Below, in pieces: positions 1 to 11,740 of a stretch of 64,000 nucleotides of DNA (position 1 is the stretch's first letter; the number at the start of each line of letters is the position of its first letter). Made by a program: the position numbers and the translations under genes. The notes under the pieces are model-generated. The model was not told the origin of the DNA. It did not search any database and worked only from the letters and a program-made list of their open reading frames with translations. The stretch lies in the NCBI GenBank assembly GCA_049517335.1, contig JBEKSD010000002.1, forward strand, positions 64,001 to 128,000, given 5' to 3'. The stretch is from Candidatus Omnitrophota bacterium. GTDB taxonomy: Bacteria > Omnitrophota > Gorgyraeia > Gygaellales > Profunditerraquicolaceae.

Positions 1-116
1 ATTCCTGCACTTCCGACGTAAACGGTTATACTTTTGAAGCGTCTCCCGTAACTTTGGGAATGACCGGCAGCATTACCTATACCGTAACTACAGGTGGAAT
101 ATTGACTCCTTTGTAA
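1..116 (+). CDS. 3' end of a gene running in from the left; possibly a pilin-like/secreted protein C-terminus
   Basis: Open frame from base 3 (SCTSDVNGYTFEASPVTLGMTGSITYTVTTGGILTPL) to TAA at 114-116; the GYTF.A.P...G.TG pattern recalls pilin-like C-termini. Confidence 0.4.
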   Translation, partial: SCTSDVNGYTFEASPVTLGMTGSITYTVTTGGILTPL

Positions 117-140
117 GAATTAGAGATACTAAAAAAATTC

Positions 141-168
141 TTGACAAGATTTTTTTTTGATTTATAAT
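141..168 (+). promoter_or_regulatory. sigma-70 promoter of groESL
   Basis: TTGACA (141-146), 16-bp spacer, TATAAT (163-168). Confidence 0.8.
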
Positions 169-194
169 TAGCACTCTTGAAGAAAGAGTGCTAA
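168..194. promoter_or_regulatory. CIRCE element (HrcA operator)
   Basis: Exact TTAGCACTC-N9-GAGTGCTAA directly upstream of groES. Confidence 0.97.
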
Positions 195-229
195 CATAAC
201 CAATAAACTTTTATAAGGAGGTGTAAGAA

Positions 230-520
230 ATGGATATTAGACCGTTGGGCGACCGCATAGTTGTCAAACCCTTGGAAGCAGAAAGCAAAACCAAGGGAGG
301 CATAGTCCTGCCTGATGCAGCCAAAGAAAAACCACAAGAAGGTAAAATCGTCGCTATTGGCAAGGGTAAAACTTTAGAAAGTGGCGCAATACAAACACCT
401 GAAGTAAAGGTAGGAGATAAGGTATTATACGGAAAATACTCCGGAAACGAGATTACTACCAAAGAAGGCGAAGAATTATTGATTATGCGTGAAGATGATA
501 TTTTAGCAATTATCAAATAA
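230..520 (+). CDS. groES: Co-chaperonin GroES
   Basis: [20 protein letters not shown] and GDKVLY motifs; AGGAGG RBS. Confidence 0.98.
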   Translation: MDIRPLGDRIVVKPLEAESKTKGGIVLPDAAKEKPQEGKIVAIGKGKTLESGAIQTPEVKVGDKVLYGKYSGNEITTKEGEELLIMREDDILAIIK

Positions 521-534
521 CAAGGAGAGAATGA

Positions 535-2178
<1,644 letters not shown>

Positions 2179-2208
2179 TCAGGTAACAGGTAGCGATAAA
2201 AGTGAAGC

Positions 2209-2260
2209 ACCATAAAAAGGGGACGGGCTCCTAGGAGCCCGTCCCCTTTTTATGGTTTTT
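2209..2260 (+). terminator. Intrinsic terminator formed by a 48-bp perfect palindrome of the GGGGWCRG REP-like type
   Basis: ACCATAAAAAGGGGACGGGCTCCT/AGGAGCCCGTCCCCTTTTTATGGT followed by a T run after groEL. Confidence 0.8.
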
Positions 2261-2278
2261 ATAGTATTAAAAAAGTTA

Positions 2279-2307
2279 TTGACAATGTTATCTGTATGGT
2301 GTAAAAT
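2279..2307 (+). promoter_or_regulatory. sigma-70 promoter upstream of guaB3-guaA-dnaE
   Basis: TTGACA-N17-TAAAAT. Confidence 0.75.
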
Positions 2308-2394
2308 TTAACATCCTTTCAGTAATTGTTCCTCAAAAGGGAAAAATCATAATTCTTTGCACAACAACAACTTATAAAAAATGAGGAGTTAGAA

Positions 2395-3555
2395 ATGGCA
2401 GAGTGGATTGGCATAGGCAGAAGAGGCCGCAGATGCTATGGCTTTGATGAAATCGCATTAGTCCCGGGAGCGCAGACTGTAAATCCCGAAGAAGTAGATA
2501 CTTCTTTTGAAATTGACGGTAAAAGGTTCAAAATCCCTATACTTGCTGCGGCAATGGACGGCGTGGTTGACGTAAAATTCGCAGTTGAAATGTCTAAATT
2601 AGGCGGTATTGCCGTATTGAATTTAGACGGTGTGCAAACCAGATATGAAAACCCGGATTCCGTCTTAGAGCAGATTGCCAAAGCCACCCCGCAAAAAGCT
2701 ACAGAATTAACCCAGTCCGTATATACCAAACCTATAAAAGAAAACTTGATAACAAAGAGAGTTTCCGAGATAAAGCGTAAAAAAGGAACCAGCGTGGTAA
2801 GCTGTATTCCCGCGCACGCTGAAAAATTTTCTAAGTTAGCGATAGCTGCGGGAGCGGATATGTTTGTGGTCCAGTCCACGGTTACAACTACTAAACATAT
2901 CGCCAAGGAATACAAGAGCCTTGACCTTTATAAATTCGTCAAATCAGTTAAAATTCCGGTTATTCTCGGTAACTGCGTAACTTATGAGACAACTTTAGAG
3001 CTTATGGAAACCGGTGCTACCGGCCTTTTAATTGGAGTTGGCCCGGGCGCTGCCTGCACAACCAGAGGAGTATTGGGGATAGGCGTGCCTCAGGTAACCG
3101 CGACCGTAGATGCGGCAGCAGCAAGGGACTTCTATTTTAAGCGAACCGGTAGGCACGTTGCCATAATCACCGACGGCGGAATGAACCGCGGAGGGGACGT
3201 CTGTAAAGCGTTTGCTTGCGGAGCGGATGCAGTGATGATCGGCTCAAGTTTTGCCCGGGCAAAAGAAGCCCCGGGCAAGGGTTATCACTGGGGCATGGCT
3301 ACTTCTCACGTTAACCTGCCGCGAGGGACACGCATTTATGTAGGAACTACCGGCTCTTTAAAAGAAATCATCCTCGGGCCCGCGCGCGTTGATGACGGCT
3401 CCCAAAACTTAATCGGCGCATTAAAAACTTCAATGGGCTCGCTGGGCGCCTCAAATTTAAAAGAAATGCACGATGTGGAAATAATTATTGCACCTTCAAT
3501 TCAAACTGAAGGAAAAATATTCCAGGTAGGGCAAAGGGTAGGAATGGGAAAATGA
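2395..3555 (+). CDS. guaB: GuaB3-type IMP dehydrogenase family protein (no CBS domain)
   Basis: AAMDGVVD, catalytic loop [18 protein letters not shown] motif; adjacent to guaA. Confidence 0.88.
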   Translation: MAEWIGIGRRGRRCYGFDEIALVPGAQTVNPEEVDTSFEIDGKRFKIPILAAAMDGVVDVKFAVEMSKLGGIAVLNLDGVQTRYENPDSVLEQIAKATPQKATELTQSVYTKPIKENLITKRVSEIKRKKGTSVVSCIPAHAEKFSKLAIAAGADMFVVQSTVTTTKHIAKEYKSLDLYKFVKSVKIPVILGNCVTYETTLELMETGATGLLIGVGPGAACTTRGVLGIGVPQVTATVDAAAARDFYFKRTGRHVAIITDGGMNRGGDVCKAFACGADAVMIGSSFARAKEAPGKGYHWGMATSHVNLPRGTRIYVGTTGSLKEIILGPARVDDGSQNLIGALKTSMGSLGASNLKEMHDVEIIIAPSIQTEGKIFQVGQRVGMGK

Positions 3556-5198
3556 AAACAAAACGCAAAACAAAAAAACCGGCTAAGAAACAAAGTAAAA
3601 AACAAGCCAGAAAACGAGTCAGGAAAACAAAAATTAAACTTATTAAAGCTGAAAAAACAACAAGACAAACAATATTAATCCTTGATTTCGGTTCTCAATA
3701 TACGCAATTAATCGCGCGCAGAGTCCGGGAAAATAAAGTATTTTCTAAAATTATTCCTTTTAATACCCCAGTAGATGAAATTGCCGCAATGGCACCCAAA
3801 GGACTAATCCTTTCAGGCGGGCCTGCTTCGGCCGTAGAAAAAAAGAGCCCGCTACCGGATAAAGGTATTTTTAAATTAGGGATTCCGATCCTTGGAATAT
3901 GCTACGGAATGCAGGTTACTGCTGAACTTTTAGACGGAAAGGTTAAGCACACGAAAGAACGGGAATACGGAAAAGCCGAATTGTTCGTTGATGATAATCG
4001 CGATATTTTCACCCATTTGCCGGGTAATTTTACCTGCTGGGCAAGCCACGGGGATTATGTGGCCAAACTTCCCGCTGGCTTCCACATAGCAGCGCACACG
4101 ATGAATGCGCCAATAGCCGCAATTTCAAACCCGAAAAGAAAAATTTACGGCGTGCAATTCCATCCAGAAGTAACCCACACGGAAAAAGGAAACCAGATTT
4201 TGAGCAACTTCCTTTTTAAAATCTGCGGTTGCCTTGCCCGCTGGACCATGCATTCTTTTATCAAGAACACAATTGAAAACATTAAAAAAACGGTGGGAAA
4301 AGATAAAGTGGTTTTGGGCTTAAGCGGAGGAGTGGATTCTTCGGTAGCCGCCCTCCTTTTACACAGCGCCATAGGTAAGAATTCAAGGTGCATATTTATC
4401 GATAACGGGCTCCTGCGTAAAGACGAGCCCCAGCAGATAAAGAGAGTTTTTAAAGAGGGATTCCACCTTAACCTTGACTATGTGGATAGAAGTAAAAGGT
4501 TTTTAGAGCGCTTAAAAGGTATAACTGACCCGGAAGAGAAACGTAAAATCATAGGAGATGAGTTTATAAAGGTTTTTGAAGAAGAGGCAGAGAAAGTCAA
4601 GGGCGTAAAATTTTTGGCTCAAGGTACTCTTTACCCAGATGTGATTGAATCAATCTCTCCCAGCGGAGCGCCCAGCAGGAAAATCAAAAGCCACCATAAT
4701 GTCGGCGGGCTTCCTGCGCATATGAAACTAAAACTGATTGAGCCTTTAAGAGAAATATTCAAAGATGAGGTGCGTCAAATAGGCAGAGAACTAAACCTTC
4801 CCGATATAATCCTCACCAGACAGCCTTTCCCGGGGCCGGGTCTGGCTATCAGGATTATCGGCGAAATTATGCCTGAGCGCCTGGATTTATTGCGCGAGGT
4901 GGATAAGCGGGTCGTAGAAGAAATCCACAAGGCAAACCTCTATGAGCAAATCTGGCAGTCATTTGCTATTTTACTACCTATTAAGAGTGTCGGGATCATG
5001 GGGGATGAACGCACCTATGAGAACGTCGCCGCTGTCAGGTGTGTGACAAGCATAGACGGTATGACTGCGGACTGGGTAAGGCTCCCCTATGAAGTAATGG
5101 AGAAAATTTCCAACCGGATTATTAATGAAGTCAAAGGCATAAACCGCGTAGTTTACGACATTTCATCAAAGCCGCCCGCAACGATAGAATGGGAATAA
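3552..5198 (+). CDS. guaA: GMP synthase (glutamine-hydrolysing) with a Lys/Arg-rich N-terminal extension
   Basis: [36 protein letters not shown] and KPPATIEWE motifs. Confidence 0.98.
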   Translation: MKTKRKTKKPAKKQSKKQARKRVRKTKIKLIKAEKTTRQTILILDFGSQYTQLIARRVRENKVFSKIIPFNTPVDEIAAMAPKGLILSGGPASAVEKKSPLPDKGIFKLGIPILGICYGMQVTAELLDGKVKHTKEREYGKAELFVDDNRDIFTHLPGNFTCWASHGDYVAKLPAGFHIAAHTMNAPIAAISNPKRKIYGVQFHPEVTHTEKGNQILSNFLFKICGCLARWTMHSFIKNTIENIKKTVGKDKVVLGLSGGVDSSVAALLLHSAIGKNSRCIFIDNGLLRKDEPQQIKRVFKEGFHLNLDYVDRSKRFLERLKGITDPEEKRKIIGDEFIKVFEEEAEKVKGVKFLAQGTLYPDVIESISPSGAPSRKIKSHHNVGGLPAHMKLKLIEPLREIFKDEVRQIGRELNLPDIILTRQPFPGPGLAIRIIGEIMPERLDLLREVDKRVVEEIHKANLYEQIWQSFAILLPIKSVGIMGDERTYENVAAVRCVTSIDGMTADWVRLPYEVMEKISNRIINEVKGINRVVYDISSKPPATIEWE

Positions 5199-5231
5199 AT
5201 CAGTTAACTGACTAACTGGCTAACTTATAAC

Positions 5232-8200
5232 ATGCCGCGAAGCGAATTCGTCCACCTGCATTTACATACCCAATACAGCCTTTTAGACGGCGCCTGCCGC
5301 ATCCCGGAGTTACTGGCTTTAGCTAATCAATTCAAAATGGGTTCAATTGCGATTACCGACCATGGGAATATGTTCGGCGCAATTGATTTTTACGTTGAAG
5401 CTCAGAAAGCCGGGATTAAACCGATTATCGGATGCGAAGCGTATATCGCACCCGCAAGTAGGTTTGACAAGTCCACTTCGGGAATTGAAGACGCAGCTTA
5501 CCATTTAATACTTTTAGCTAAAGATGAAACCGGCTATTCAAATTTAATGAAGCTGGTATCCTGCGGTTATCTGGAAGGTTTCTATTACCGCCCGCGTATA
5601 GACAAAGAAATATTGGCGCAGTGCTCAAAAGGCTTAATCGGCATGACTGCCTGTTTAAAAGGAGAGGTTCCTGTCCTTCTCCAGCAGAGAAGGTTTAATG
5701 ACGCTTTAAAATGCGCGGATACCTACCTGCAGATATTCGGGAAAGACAACTTTTTCCTAGAACTGCAGGGTAATTCCATTCCCGAACAGAAACTCGTCAA
5801 CGAAGATTTAATTAAGCTTTCTAAAGAACTCAATATCCCGCTGGTTGCCACTAACGACGTTCATTATTTAACCAAAGAAAGGGCCTCGTCCCATGAGGCA
5901 TTATTGTGCATCCAGACGCAGACGACCCTTGAAGACCCTAACCGCATGCGTTTCCAGACCGATGAATTTTATTTTACTTCGCCCCTTGAGATGAAAAAGC
6001 TTTTTAACAGCTTACCTGAAGCAATAAACAATACGATTGCGGTTGCCGAACGCTGCAACCTTGAGCTAGATTTCAATAAAGTACACCTGCCTAAATATGA
6101 AGCTCCCGTAGGAATCAGCAAAGAAGAATACCTACGCCAACTTTGCGAAGAAGGGTTAAAACGAAGATACGACAAAATTTCCCTCGAGATTTCATCCCGA
6201 TTGGAACATGAACTCAAAATCATCAAAGATATGGGTTTTGTCAGCTATTTCCTCATCGTCTGGGACTTCATTCATTACGCTAAAAAAGAAAGTATCCCCG
6301 TTGGACCGGGAAGAGGCTCAGCCGCAGGAAGCCTGGTAAGTTATCTGCTCGGGATTACTGACCTTGACCCGTTAAAATACGGCCTGCTTTTTGAAAGATT
6401 CCTGAATCCCGAACGTATGGGGCTACCTGATATTGATATAGATTTCTGTTATGAAAGAAGACAAGAAGTAATCAATTATGTCACTAATAAATACGGACAG
6501 GAGAACGTAGCGCAGATTATCACTTTCGGGACCATGCAGGCCAGAGCAGTTGTGCGCGATGTAGGAAGGGTTATGGGGATACCCTATGCCGATGTTGACC
6601 GCATTGCCAAACTTATACCTCCTGAACTTGATATGACTTTAAAGAAAGCTCTTGATAGCGAAGCAGAGTTGATGAATTTATATAAGAACGACCCTCAAAT
6701 AAGTAAACTGATAAATACGGCGCTGGCGCTTGAAGGTTTAAACAGACATGCTTCCGTACATGCGGCGGGAGTTGTTATCGCAGATAAACCCCTTGATAAT
6801 TATAGCCCGCTTTTTAAGACCGGAGATGATCAGGTTACTACCGGGTATAGTATGGGGGTATTAGAAAAAATCGGCTTATTAAAAGTAGATTTCTTAGGTC
6901 TAAGGACCTTAACGGTAATTGACGAAACCATAAAGCTTGTCAAGCAAACACAGGGTAAAATTATTAACCTTGAGACTTTGCCCCTTGATGACCCAAAAAC
7001 TTATAAACTTCTTGCTTCCGCCCAGACTTCCGGAGTGTTTCAGGTTGAAAGCTCAGGCATGCGCGACCTCTTAAAGAAGATGGAGCCAAGCCGTTTTGAA
7101 GACCTAATCGCTTTGCTTGCATTATACAGGCCCGGCCCTATCGGCTCAGGCATGCTTGACGATTATATCCGGCGTAAACAAAATCTGGTCCCCATTAAAT
7201 ACGAACATCCGAAGCTTGAGCCGATTTTAAAAGAAACCTACGGAATAATGGTCTATCAGGAACAAATCATGGAGATTGCCTCCAGCCTAGCCGGCTTCAG
7301 CCTCGCTCAGGCGGACTTATTGCGCAAGGCCATGGGCAAGAAGATTCCCGAAGTCATGGAGAAACAAAGGAACAATTTTATTTTAGGGTGCGTTAAAGGC
7401 AACATCAGGGAATTAACCGCCAGTAAGATATTTGACTTAATTGAATACTTTTCCGGCTATGGCTTTAATAAGTCGCATTCAACCGCTTATGCCTTAATCT
7501 CCTACCGCACAGCGTATTTAAAAGCAAATTATCCGGTTGAATTTATGAGCGCTTTACTTACTTCCGAACGTAATAATACGGACAAAATCGTGGAATACGT
7601 TAATGAAGCCGGGCGTATGGGAATAACTGTCCTGCCGCCGGATATCAACGAGAGCGAGGCGCTATTTAAAGCAATTGACTCAAAAACAATCCGTTTCGGC
7701 TTGCTGGCCATAAAAAATGTGGGCGCAGGGTCGGTTGAATCAATTATCGCATCAAGAAAAGGTTCTAAATTTACCTCTCTGGAGGACCTCTGTTCATATA
7801 TTGATTTAAGGCTGGCAAATAAAAAGGTCTTAGAAAGCCTAATTAAATGCGGGGCACTTGATTGTTTTAATCTTCCCCGGGCGCAGATGTTTGCATCGTT
7901 AGAATTTATTCTGGAATCAGCTTCACGCACCCAGAAAGAGAAAGCTAAGGGACAGATTTCTTTCTTTGATACCGCTTTCGCGCAGAACGGCTTCCATAAT
8001 GGCGCTTCATCCATAAACATTCCGCACATCAAAGAGTGGCCGGAACCGCAGCTTTTGGCATTTGAAAAAGATATGCTCGGGTTTTATGTGAGCGGCCACC
8101 CTTTAGCCCGCTATGCCCGGCAATTGAGGCGGTTTGCCTCAACCACAACCTCAAACTTAAAATCGCATCAGGATGAAGAAGAGGTCAAAATCGTAGGGCT

Positions 8201-8672
8201 TATCGCTAAAATCAAACAGACTATCACAAGAGCAAAGCAGGAAAAAATGGCCATCTTAAAACTTGAGGACCTTGAAGGTTCGGTTGAGACGCTGGTCTTT
8301 CCGCGCGCATACCTTAAAGTGTCCCGTTATATCCAGCCCGGCACTGTAGTCTTAGTCAGGGGAATACTTAATTTAAAAGAAGATACCCCGAAAATCATCG
8401 TAAATGACCTTTTTCCTGTTGAAGAAATATATAAATTAATCTCAAGTTTAAATATTAACCTTTCCGGATTGCGGGAAAATATTTTTGAAAGCCTTAAGGA
8501 AGTCCTAACATCTTCCAGCGGTAATATTCCCATTTATCTCCACCTTGATTCTCATAACAAATCAAGGGTGCAGGTTGTGGTGGGAGAGGGACTTTATGTA
8601 ACCCCCTCTGAAAAGCTTATCCACGATATTGAAAACCTGCTCGGTGAAGAACGTTTAACTGTGGTAATTTAA
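5232..8672 (+). CDS. dnaE: DNA polymerase III alpha subunit
   Basis: FVHLHLHTQYSLLDG PHP domain, GRGSAAGS, PDIDIDF, YGFNKSH, C-terminal OB fold. Confidence 0.98.
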   Translation: MPRSEFVHLHLHTQYSLLDGACRIPELLALANQFKMGSIAITDHGNMFGAIDFYVEAQKAGIKPIIGCEAYIAPASRFDKSTSGIEDAAYHLILLAKDETGYSNLMKLVSCGYLEGFYYRPRIDKEILAQCSKGLIGMTACLKGEVPVLLQQRRFNDALKCADTYLQIFGKDNFFLELQGNSIPEQKLVNEDLIKLSKELNIPLVATNDVHYLTKERASSHEALLCIQTQTTLEDPNRMRFQTDEFYFTSPLEMKKLFNSLPEAINNTIAVAERCNLELDFNKVHLPKYEAPVGISKEEYLRQLCEEGLKRRYDKISLEISSRLEHELKIIKDMGFVSYFLIVWDFIHYAKKESIPVGPGRGSAAGSLVSYLLGITDLDPLKYGLLFERFLNPERMGLPDIDIDFCYERRQEVINYVTNKYGQENVAQIITFGTMQARAVVRDVGRVMGIPYADVDRIAKLIPPELDMTLKKALDSEAELMNLYKNDPQISKLINTALALEGLNRHASVHAAGVVIADKPLDNYSPLFKTGDDQVTTGYSMGVLEKIGLLKVDFLGLRTLTVIDETIKLVKQTQGKIINLETLPLDDPKTYKLLASAQTSGVFQVESSGMRDLLKKMEPSRFEDLIALLALYRPGPIGSGMLDDYIRRKQNLVPIKYEHPKLEPILKETYGIMVYQEQIMEIASSLAGFSLAQADLLRKAMGKKIPEVMEKQRNNFILGCVKGNIRELTASKIFDLIEYFSGYGFNKSHSTAYALISYRTAYLKANYPVEFMSALLTSERNNTDKIVEYVNEAGRMGITVLPPDINESEALFKAIDSKTIRFGLLAIKNVGAGSVESIIASRKGSKFTSLEDLCSYIDLRLANKKVLESLIKCGALDCFNLPRAQMFASLEFILESASRTQKEKAKGQISFFDTAFAQNGFHNGASSINIPHIKEWPEPQLLAFEKDMLGFYVSGHPLARYARQLRRFASTTTSNLKSHQDEEEVKIVGLIAKIKQTITRAKQEKMAILKLEDLEGSVETLVFPRAYLKVSRYIQPGTVVLVRGILNLKEDTPKIIVNDLFPVEEIYKLISSLNINLSGLRENIFESLKEVLTSSSGNIPIYLHLDSHNKSRVQVVVGEGLYVTPSEKLIHDIENLLGEERLTVVI

Positions 8673-8698
8673 CGTCTGCAGTCTAATTAGATTTCCGC

Positions 8699-8727
8699 TT
8701 GACATCGTAAGTTTTTGGTGTTACTAT
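8699..8727 (+). promoter_or_regulatory. sigma-70 promoter upstream of the HU gene
   Basis: TTGACA-N17-TACTAT. Confidence 0.7.
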
Positions 8728-8740
8728 ATTTAGCAATAAG

Positions 8741-8800
8741 CTTGCCTGTCTACCGACAGGTAGATCTGATGAGCAGGCAGGCCCGCCTACGGCGGACAGG
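8741..8800. repeat. Cluster of short GC-rich palindromes in the HU 5' leader
   Basis: CCTGTC-TACC-GACAGG (8745-8760), CCGCC-TAC-GGCGG (8783-8795) and alternative arms CTTGCCTG/CAGGCAGG. Confidence 0.6.
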
Positions 8801-8809
8801 GAGGATAAA

Positions 8810-9082
8810 ATGACCAAAAAAGATATCATACTAAAAGTTTCAGATCAGAGCAATTTAAAGCAAATTAACGTTAAAGAAGTGGTACAGAAGACTTTTGACT
8901 GCATTATAGATGCCCTTGTCCGGGGCGAAAAGATTGAATTGCGCAATTTCGGCGTCTTTAAGGTCAAACAGAGAAAGAGCCGCACAGGCAGGAATCCGCG
9001 TACCAATCAGGTAATTCCAGTCCCACCGAGAAAGGTAGTCGTCTTTAAAGCCGGCTTAGAAATGAAACAAAAAATAAAATAA
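8810..9082 (+). CDS. HU/IHF family DNA-binding protein
   Basis: IELRNFGVF and RTGRNPRT motifs, 90 aa. Confidence 0.95.
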   Translation: MTKKDIILKVSDQSNLKQINVKEVVQKTFDCIIDALVRGEKIELRNFGVFKVKQRKSRTGRNPRTNQVIPVPPRKVVVFKAGLEMKQKIK

Positions 9083-9110
9083 CCCTCTTACAAAAACAAA
9101 ACCTAAAATA

Positions 9111-10349
9111 ATGTTTAAACGGATAGCGGGAACAAAGGATATTTTACCGGATGAGGTTCCTCTTTGGCAGGAGATTGAAAAGATAAGCCGCGATATATTT
9201 TTTCTTTATAACTATAAAGAAATACGATCGCCCTTAATTGAAGAGGAAGCTTTATTTAACCGCTCTCTGGGAGAAAACGCAGAGATTGTTCAAAAACAGA
9301 TGTTTCTCATCAGGAACAAGGAAGAAGTTTATGCGCTCCGGCCCGAAGGGACCGCGTCGGTAGTGCGCGCTTACATAGAAAATAATCTGGATAAGACCTT
9401 GGGGTTTGCTAAATTGTATTATATCGGCCCAATGTTCCGGCTTGAACGACCCCAGAAAGGCAGGCTACGCCAGTTTTATCACATTGGCTGTGAAGTAATC
9501 GGCTCCTCCGAGCCGAATTCGGACGTTGAGGTAGTCTCGCTTGCGGATACGTTATTAAAAAAACTTTCTATCAACGGATATACAATTAAATTAAACACGC
9601 TCGGCTGCTCAAAAGACAAAATAGAACTAAATAACTATATTGCTAAAGCATTAAAAGATAAATTTGCAAAACTTTGCGATGACTGCAAAGTGAGGATCAA
9701 AAAAAATCCTTTAAGGGTACTTGACTGTAAGAACGAAACCTGCCGGGATATCGTAAAGGGGCTGAATATAACCGATACCCACATCTGTCCTGAGTGCAAA
9801 GCGCAGTTTGCAAAAGTAAAAGAAGGGCTGGATAGTTTAGGCGTAAAATATGAAATTACCCCCTTACTTGTGCGTGGCCTTGATTATTATACGGGGACAA
9901 TCTTTGAAGTCACTCATCCTGAATTAGGTTCACAGGATGCCATCGGAGCAGGAGGAAGATATAATAACCTAGTTAAAGAGTTAGGCGGAGCGCAAACCGG
10001 GGCAACCGGTTTTGCATTTGGGGGAGAGCGTTTAATCTTAGCCACAAAATTAGGCATAAATAATAAAGCGAAAACCCTGGTTTACCTGATTACCCTCGGA
10101 GAAGATGCAAAGAAACTCGGAGTTATATTGCTGGCTGACTTACGGCTAAACGGTATCCCTGCCGACTCTGACTATGAAGGAAAATCTTTAAAAGGTGCGA
10201 TGCGCAAAGCTAATGACTTGTCGGCAAAATTTGTTTTGATAATAGGAGAAAACGAATTGAAGAGTGGATTGGTGACTTTAAGAAATATGACTTCGGGGAA
10301 ACAAAAAGAGATCAAGATGATAAACCTTATAGAGGAATTAAAATGTTAA
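9111..10349 (+). CDS. hisS: Histidine--tRNA ligase
   Basis: LRPEGTA, RPQKGRLRQF, LVRGLDYY and GGRY motifs. Confidence 0.97.
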   Translation: MFKRIAGTKDILPDEVPLWQEIEKISRDIFFLYNYKEIRSPLIEEEALFNRSLGENAEIVQKQMFLIRNKEEVYALRPEGTASVVRAYIENNLDKTLGFAKLYYIGPMFRLERPQKGRLRQFYHIGCEVIGSSEPNSDVEVVSLADTLLKKLSINGYTIKLNTLGCSKDKIELNNYIAKALKDKFAKLCDDCKVRIKKNPLRVLDCKNETCRDIVKGLNITDTHICPECKAQFAKVKEGLDSLGVKYEITPLLVRGLDYYTGTIFEVTHPELGSQDAIGAGGRYNNLVKELGGAQTGATGFAFGGERLILATKLGINNKAKTLVYLITLGEDAKKLGVILLADLRLNGIPADSDYEGKSLKGAMRKANDLSAKFVLIIGENELKSGLVTLRNMTSGKQKEIKMINLIEELKC

Positions 10350-11740
10350 GGACGCACACCTGCGGAGAATTAACTACCCAAGACGCGGGCAAAGAAGTGA
10401 CTTTATGCGGCTGGGTAAACTCGCGGCGCGACCACGGTAAACTTATTTTTATAGATATCCGCGACAGATACGGGCTTACGCAGGTCATGTTTATCCCGAG
10501 AGATGCGGGAGAATCCTATAAGCTTGCGCAAGGCATCCGTTCGGAATTCGTAATCAAAGTCACCGGTATAGTAAATCCTCGCCCCGCAGCTACCCTTAAT
10601 CCGAAGCTTTCTACCGGCAAGATAGAAATACTTGCTAAATCTTTAGAAATATTGAATCCAAGCCTTACCCCGCCGTTTGGAATAGAAGATGAGGCACAGC
10701 CCGGAGAAGATGCCCGCCTGAAATACCGCTATCTGGATTTAAGGAGAAAAAAGGTATTTAATAATTTTATCCTTCGTAGCAATCTTTACAAAATCATCCG
10801 TTTATATCTGGACAAGCATGATTTTATTGAATGCGAGACCCCTATTTTGACCAAATCAACTCCTGAAGGCGCGCGCGATTACCTTGTACCTTCAAGGCTA
10901 AATCCGGCTAAATTTTACGCGCTTCCACAGTCACCGCAGCTATTCAAACAAATCCTGATGGTTGCTGGTATTGAAAGATATTATCAAATCGCCAAATGTT
11001 TCCGCGACGAGGACCTGCGCGCAGACAGGCAGCCGGAGTTTACCCAGCTGGACATGGAGATGTCTTTCATTAACGAAGAGGCTGTTTACACAATGATTGA
11101 AGGGTTGATGCAAAAGATATTAAAAGAATTAAAAGGCATTGATATAAAAATTCCTTTCCCGCGCATTAGCTATGCGGACGCTCAAAATAAATACCAAACT
11201 GATAAGCCGGATTTAAGAAAAGAATTCAATTTTGATTTTGCTTTTGCCTGGGTAGTTAATTTTCCGCTTTTTAAGTATAACGAAGAAGAGAAACGCTGGG
11301 AAAGCGAACATCATCCGTTTACGGCTCCGGCAAATGAAGACTTGGAATTTTTGGAAAAACACCCGGAAAAGATAAAATCACGCTCTTACGACCTGATTTT
11401 AAACGGTACGGAGTTAGGTTCCGGCTCAATAAGGATACATAATCAGGAATTACAGGAAAAAATATTTAAGATTATCGGCATAGACCGAGAAAATGCCCAT
11501 AAACGTTTCGGGTTTCTTTTAGAAGCGTTCAAATACGGCGCCCCGCCGCACGGCGGTTTTGCTTTCGGCATTGACCGGCTGTTGGCAATTTTAGCCGGCG
11601 TTGACAGTATCAGGGAAGTAATCACATTTCCCAAGACGAGCGCTGGAATCTGCCCTTTAACAGAAGCGCCTTCGGATGTAGATGAAAAACAATTAAAAGA
11701 ACTTAATTTAACCATTACCAAGGGGAGGGTAAATCAATGA
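10343..11740 (+). CDS. aspS: Aspartate--tRNA ligase, short bacterial form lacking the GAD insertion domain
   Basis: RTHTCGEL, TPEGARDY, ALPQSPQLFKQ, RQPEFTQLD and GAPPHGG motifs; only 465 aa. Confidence 0.95.
   Translation: MLRTHTCGELTTQDAGKEVTLCGWVNSRRDHGKLIFIDIRDRYGLTQVMFIPRDAGESYKLAQGIRSEFVIKVTGIVNPRPAATLNPKLSTGKIEILAKSLEILNPSLTPPFGIEDEAQPGEDARLKYRYLDLRRKKVFNNFILRSNLYKIIRLYLDKHDFIECETPILTKSTPEGARDYLVPSRLNPAKFYALPQSPQLFKQILMVAGIERYYQIAKCFRDEDLRADRQPEFTQLDMEMSFINEEAVYTMIEGLMQKILKELKGIDIKIPFPRISYADAQNKYQTDKPDLRKEFNFDFAFAWVVNFPLFKYNEEEKRWESEHHPFTAPANEDLEFLEKHPEKIKSRSYDLILNGTELGSGSIRIHNQELQEKIFKIIGIDRENAHKRFGFLLEAFKYGAPPHGGFAFGIDRLLAILAGVDSIREVITFPKTSAGICPLTEAPSDVDEKQLKELNLTITKGRVNQ

Noticed and set aside
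150-158. T9 tract in the groESL promoter spacer as a phase-variation switch
   Set aside because: Homopolymer A/T runs are common in this AT-rich sequence and there is no evidence of length variation.
2310-2394. Purine riboswitch upstream of guaB
   Set aside because: No GATATGG / GTTTCTAC core and little pairing potential.
5199-5230. Short TAACT(G/T)-type tandem repeats between guaA and dnaE
   Set aside because: Only three or four degenerate 7-8-bp units; too weak to assign.
8766-8773. CTGATGAG hammerhead ribozyme core
   Set aside because: No GAAA follows a stem II and no consistent three-stem fold is visible.
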